In this document: positions 61,654 to 64,000 of the stretch, in pieces
How positions within the stretch are numbered: position 1 is the stretch's first letter
Layout: the number at the start of each line of letters is the position of its first letter
From: a virus
IMG/VR virus record: IMGVR_UViG_3300025039_000014
Coordinates: 32,001 to 96,000 of that record
Length of the DNA stretch: 64,000 bases
Reading direction: 5' to 3' (one strand)
The notes under the pieces: generated by a model
What the model was told of the DNA's origin: nothing
Database searches by the model: none
The model's input: only the letters and a program-made list of their open reading frames with translations
Program-made: the position numbers and the translations under genes

Positions 61654-62734
61654 TCTCAAGACCATGCTCGATGACCTGGATATTCGGGACTATCTCGACA
61701 CCCAGGGGATCGAATACAAGACCAGCCGCTCGCGCAAAGGAACCCAGCTGATCCTCAAGGATTGTCCGGTCTGTGGCGGCGACGGCTGGAAGGTCTATCT
61801 CAACGAAGAAACGGGGCTGGGAAATTGTTTCCAAGGCGACCATCCTCCCGGCGAGAACTTCAACAAGTGGTCGTTCATCCGCGCCCATCTCGACAATCCC
61901 GCCCCGCGGATGGTGATCGAGCACATCGAGGGATATCTGGACTCGGTCGGCTTCACCATCGAGCGTGAGCGCAAGGTGGCCACCTACGAGGCGCTGAGCG
62001 AGCTTCCCGAAGATGCCGTTGCATTGCCCACCCCGAGTGGACAGATCGTCTCCTACCTCCACGATAGAGGCGTCACGGCCAAGCAGTGCGAATACTTTCG
62101 CCTGCATTTCTGCGAAAGGGGTGTTTTTCGCTTCAAGACCGACAGCCGCGAACATAGCCAGGATTTTACCGGTCGCGTGATCATTCCGGTGTTCGACCTG
62201 GCTGGCGATTTCAAGACGTTCCAGGGTCGAGACATCACCGGCACTGCCGACGACAAATACCGATTCGCCACCGGGCTGCCGGCAGCCGGCGCCTTCCTTT
62301 ACAACGGCAATAACGCCGTCGGCAAAAGGCATGTCGTCGTAGGCGAAGGCGCCTTCGATGTCTGGGCGATTCAGAAGACGCTATGGAGCCGCGAACTCGA
62401 TGAGATTGAAGCGGTGGGCACCTTCGGCAAGCACCTATCTCACCTGAGCGCCGGTGACGACGACCAACTGGGGGCGTTTCTGAACCTCAAGGCTGCCGGT
62501 CTCGAGACCATCACCATGCTGTGGGATTCCGAGACCGCCGCGATTCGAGATGCGCTCGGGGCCTGCGATCTGCTCCAGCAGCACGGCTTCAAGACCCGTC
62601 TGGCCACCCTGCCGCCGGGACAAGACCCAGGTGAGTCCACGGAAATTCAGATAAATCAGGCGATTATCAAAGCGCAGCCCTATTCACGCTCGCTTGCAAC
62701 AAAAATGCGTTTGCAAATGCTTCACTCCCGATAA
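61646..62734 (+). CDS. DNA primase (Zn finger plus TOPRIM)
   Basis: CPVCGG...CF; RVIIPV, FQGR, GEGAFD, WD.E, DP. Confidence 0.85.
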   Translation: MSDLKTMLDDLDIRDYLDTQGIEYKTSRSRKGTQLILKDCPVCGGDGWKVYLNEETGLGNCFQGDHPPGENFNKWSFIRAHLDNPAPRMVIEHIEGYLDSVGFTIERERKVATYEALSELPEDAVALPTPSGQIVSYLHDRGVTAKQCEYFRLHFCERGVFRFKTDSREHSQDFTGRVIIPVFDLAGDFKTFQGRDITGTADDKYRFATGLPAAGAFLYNGNNAVGKRHVVVGEGAFDVWAIQKTLWSRELDEIEAVGTFGKHLSHLSAGDDDQLGAFLNLKAAGLETITMLWDSETAAIRDALGACDLLQQHGFKTRLATLPPGQDPGESTEIQINQAIIKAQPYSRSLATKMRLQMLHSR

Positions 62735-62752
62735 TCTTATAGCTACACTATA

Positions 62753-62772
62753 GTAAGTAAGTGCTTAGTTAC
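62753..62772. promoter_or_regulatory. operator copy 16
   Basis: GTAAGTAAGTGCTTAGTTAC. Confidence 0.75.
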
Positions 62773-62786
62773 CCTAAGAGGAAATC

Positions 62787-63536
62787 ATGAACGCTTCCCA
62801 AATCGACGCCGAGATGGACAATGAAGAATCCCACGTCGTGCCCTACGTCTCCGGCAGCATCAAGCTTGCCAACATCGACAGTATCGGCAAACTGGGGTTT
62901 TTCTCGCTGAACAACAACATCGGCACCAACCGCTCGGTTGCCATTCCGTTCATCGACATCCCCAGCGAGAGCACCCTGCGCTGCATCGCCGAGATCGACA
63001 GACTTCCACGAGACTTCGCCGAAGCCTTTGGTGTGGGTCTGACCATCGGGGGGGTTCGTGACGTCAATTCGGCTTTCTCCAAAGCCTTCCCGGATAGCGA
63101 CGATATCAGCTGTTCGGTCAGCGACTACCAGGTCAATATTCTGGTCCCTAAGAAGAGCGAAGTGGGCTCCCAGATCGACAACCGCATCAGAACCTACCAC
63201 TACGAAATCCTGACGGGTGCAGCGAAGACCGATATCGCGACCTTCCGAAGCTGCATCAAAGCCGGCGGGTTTCTCCAGAACGGACACATCGTCGAAGCCA
63301 TTCTCTCCAACACGGTCTTTTCTGTCTGGAACACCAAGGAATTCGACATGCCCAACGGCATCGTCAATCAGGTGAAGTGGCTGGGTGCGAGCTATCTGAC
63401 GAAGAACACCCGCGGAAACTTGTTCCCGCAGCTATCCCCTCTCGTTGCCGAGCTCCAACGTAGCCACGCCAACAAGGGCATGCGTGACTCCAACCCCAAT
63501 TGGGGTGCGCTGGCTGGCCTGGGCAGCCTGTCATGA
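62787..63536 (+). CDS. hypothetical protein
   Basis: GAGG RBS; 249 aa. Confidence 0.6.
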   Translation: MNASQIDAEMDNEESHVVPYVSGSIKLANIDSIGKLGFFSLNNNIGTNRSVAIPFIDIPSESTLRCIAEIDRLPRDFAEAFGVGLTIGGVRDVNSAFSKAFPDSDDISCSVSDYQVNILVPKKSEVGSQIDNRIRTYHYEILTGAAKTDIATFRSCIKAGGFLQNGHIVEAILSNTVFSVWNTKEFDMPNGIVNQVKWLGASYLTKNTRGNLFPQLSPLVAELQRSHANKGMRDSNPNWGALAGLGSLS

Positions 63537-64000
63537 AATCCCCCTCCATGAGCGGCGACAACATGCACGCCGTGGAGTGTGCTCAGACGAGCCGCTGCGC
63601 CTCCTACGCCGTGTGTCAGCACACGGTGTGGGCCTACAAGCAGAGTCGCCTCAAGGGCTTCGATGACTGCCGTGCGGCGATCAATTCGCGAACCTGCCCC
63701 GCCATCAAAATGATGCTGGAGGAAAAGAAGGCAGGGGGACCGATCTACTTCGAATCCTACGCCGAGAGTGTGGTGGCAAGGCAGGCCCGAGAAGAGGCAG
63801 CGGCGGCAGAACGTGTCGCGCTGACCCGCCGGCCACGCAAGGCAATGGTGACGTCGAGAACGGTCGATCCTGGCCGTGACGCGCAGATTGCCGCCGGCTG
63901 GAATGAGGCTGACGACACAGTCGCCAAGCGGCTGGCTAAGCAGCGAAAGTCCAAGCCTGAACTGCCGCCGGTCAGTGACAACCTGTTTGAAGCGGTGGTC
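63533..64000 (+). CDS. Cys-rich hypothetical protein, truncated by window end
   Basis: ATGA overlap; MKSPSMSGDNMHAVEC...SYAVC...C..AI....CPA; open to the end. Confidence 0.65.
   Translation, partial: MKSPSMSGDNMHAVECAQTSRCASYAVCQHTVWAYKQSRLKGFDDCRAAINSRTCPAIKMMLEEKKAGGPIYFESYAESVVARQAREEAAAAERVALTRRPRKAMVTSRTVDPGRDAQIAAGWNEADDTVAKRLAKQRKSKPELPPVSDNLFEAVV

Overview
64 kb of a large temperate siphophage or phage-plasmid genome from a GC-rich gammaproteobacterium. Gene content and order resemble SSU5/pHCM2-type phage-plasmids; no integrase or rep gene is visible. Left to right: end of umuC; Phd/VapC toxin-antitoxin pair; early and accessory genes (Mesh1-like HD hydrolase, DHFR, NMP kinase, DnaQ-like exonuclease); a 2.4 kb non-coding tract; a compositionally odd two-gene island; full-length serS; an SF2 helicase divergent from a ParB-ParB-ABC ATPase-HEXXH-GNAT(Mom-like)-wHTH operon that abuts the terminase; complete head and lambda-like tail modules; lysis genes; two extra fibre-like genes; phoH; an Hfq-like gene; DnaB and primase. 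The most striking signal is a ~1.29 kb island (17491-18776) where, by my hand count, every GG is followed by A and every CC is preceded by T (35/35), so GG[C/G/T] is absent on both strands. It is flanked by GG/CC-rich repeats, and its promoter shares a 14-bp motif with the region upstream of the terminase. With the GNAT/ABC/ParB operon, this suggests (inference) a phage DNA-modification system acting at GG[C/G/T] plus a modification-free gene cassette. A 20-bp palindromic operator-like site recurs 16 times across the window.
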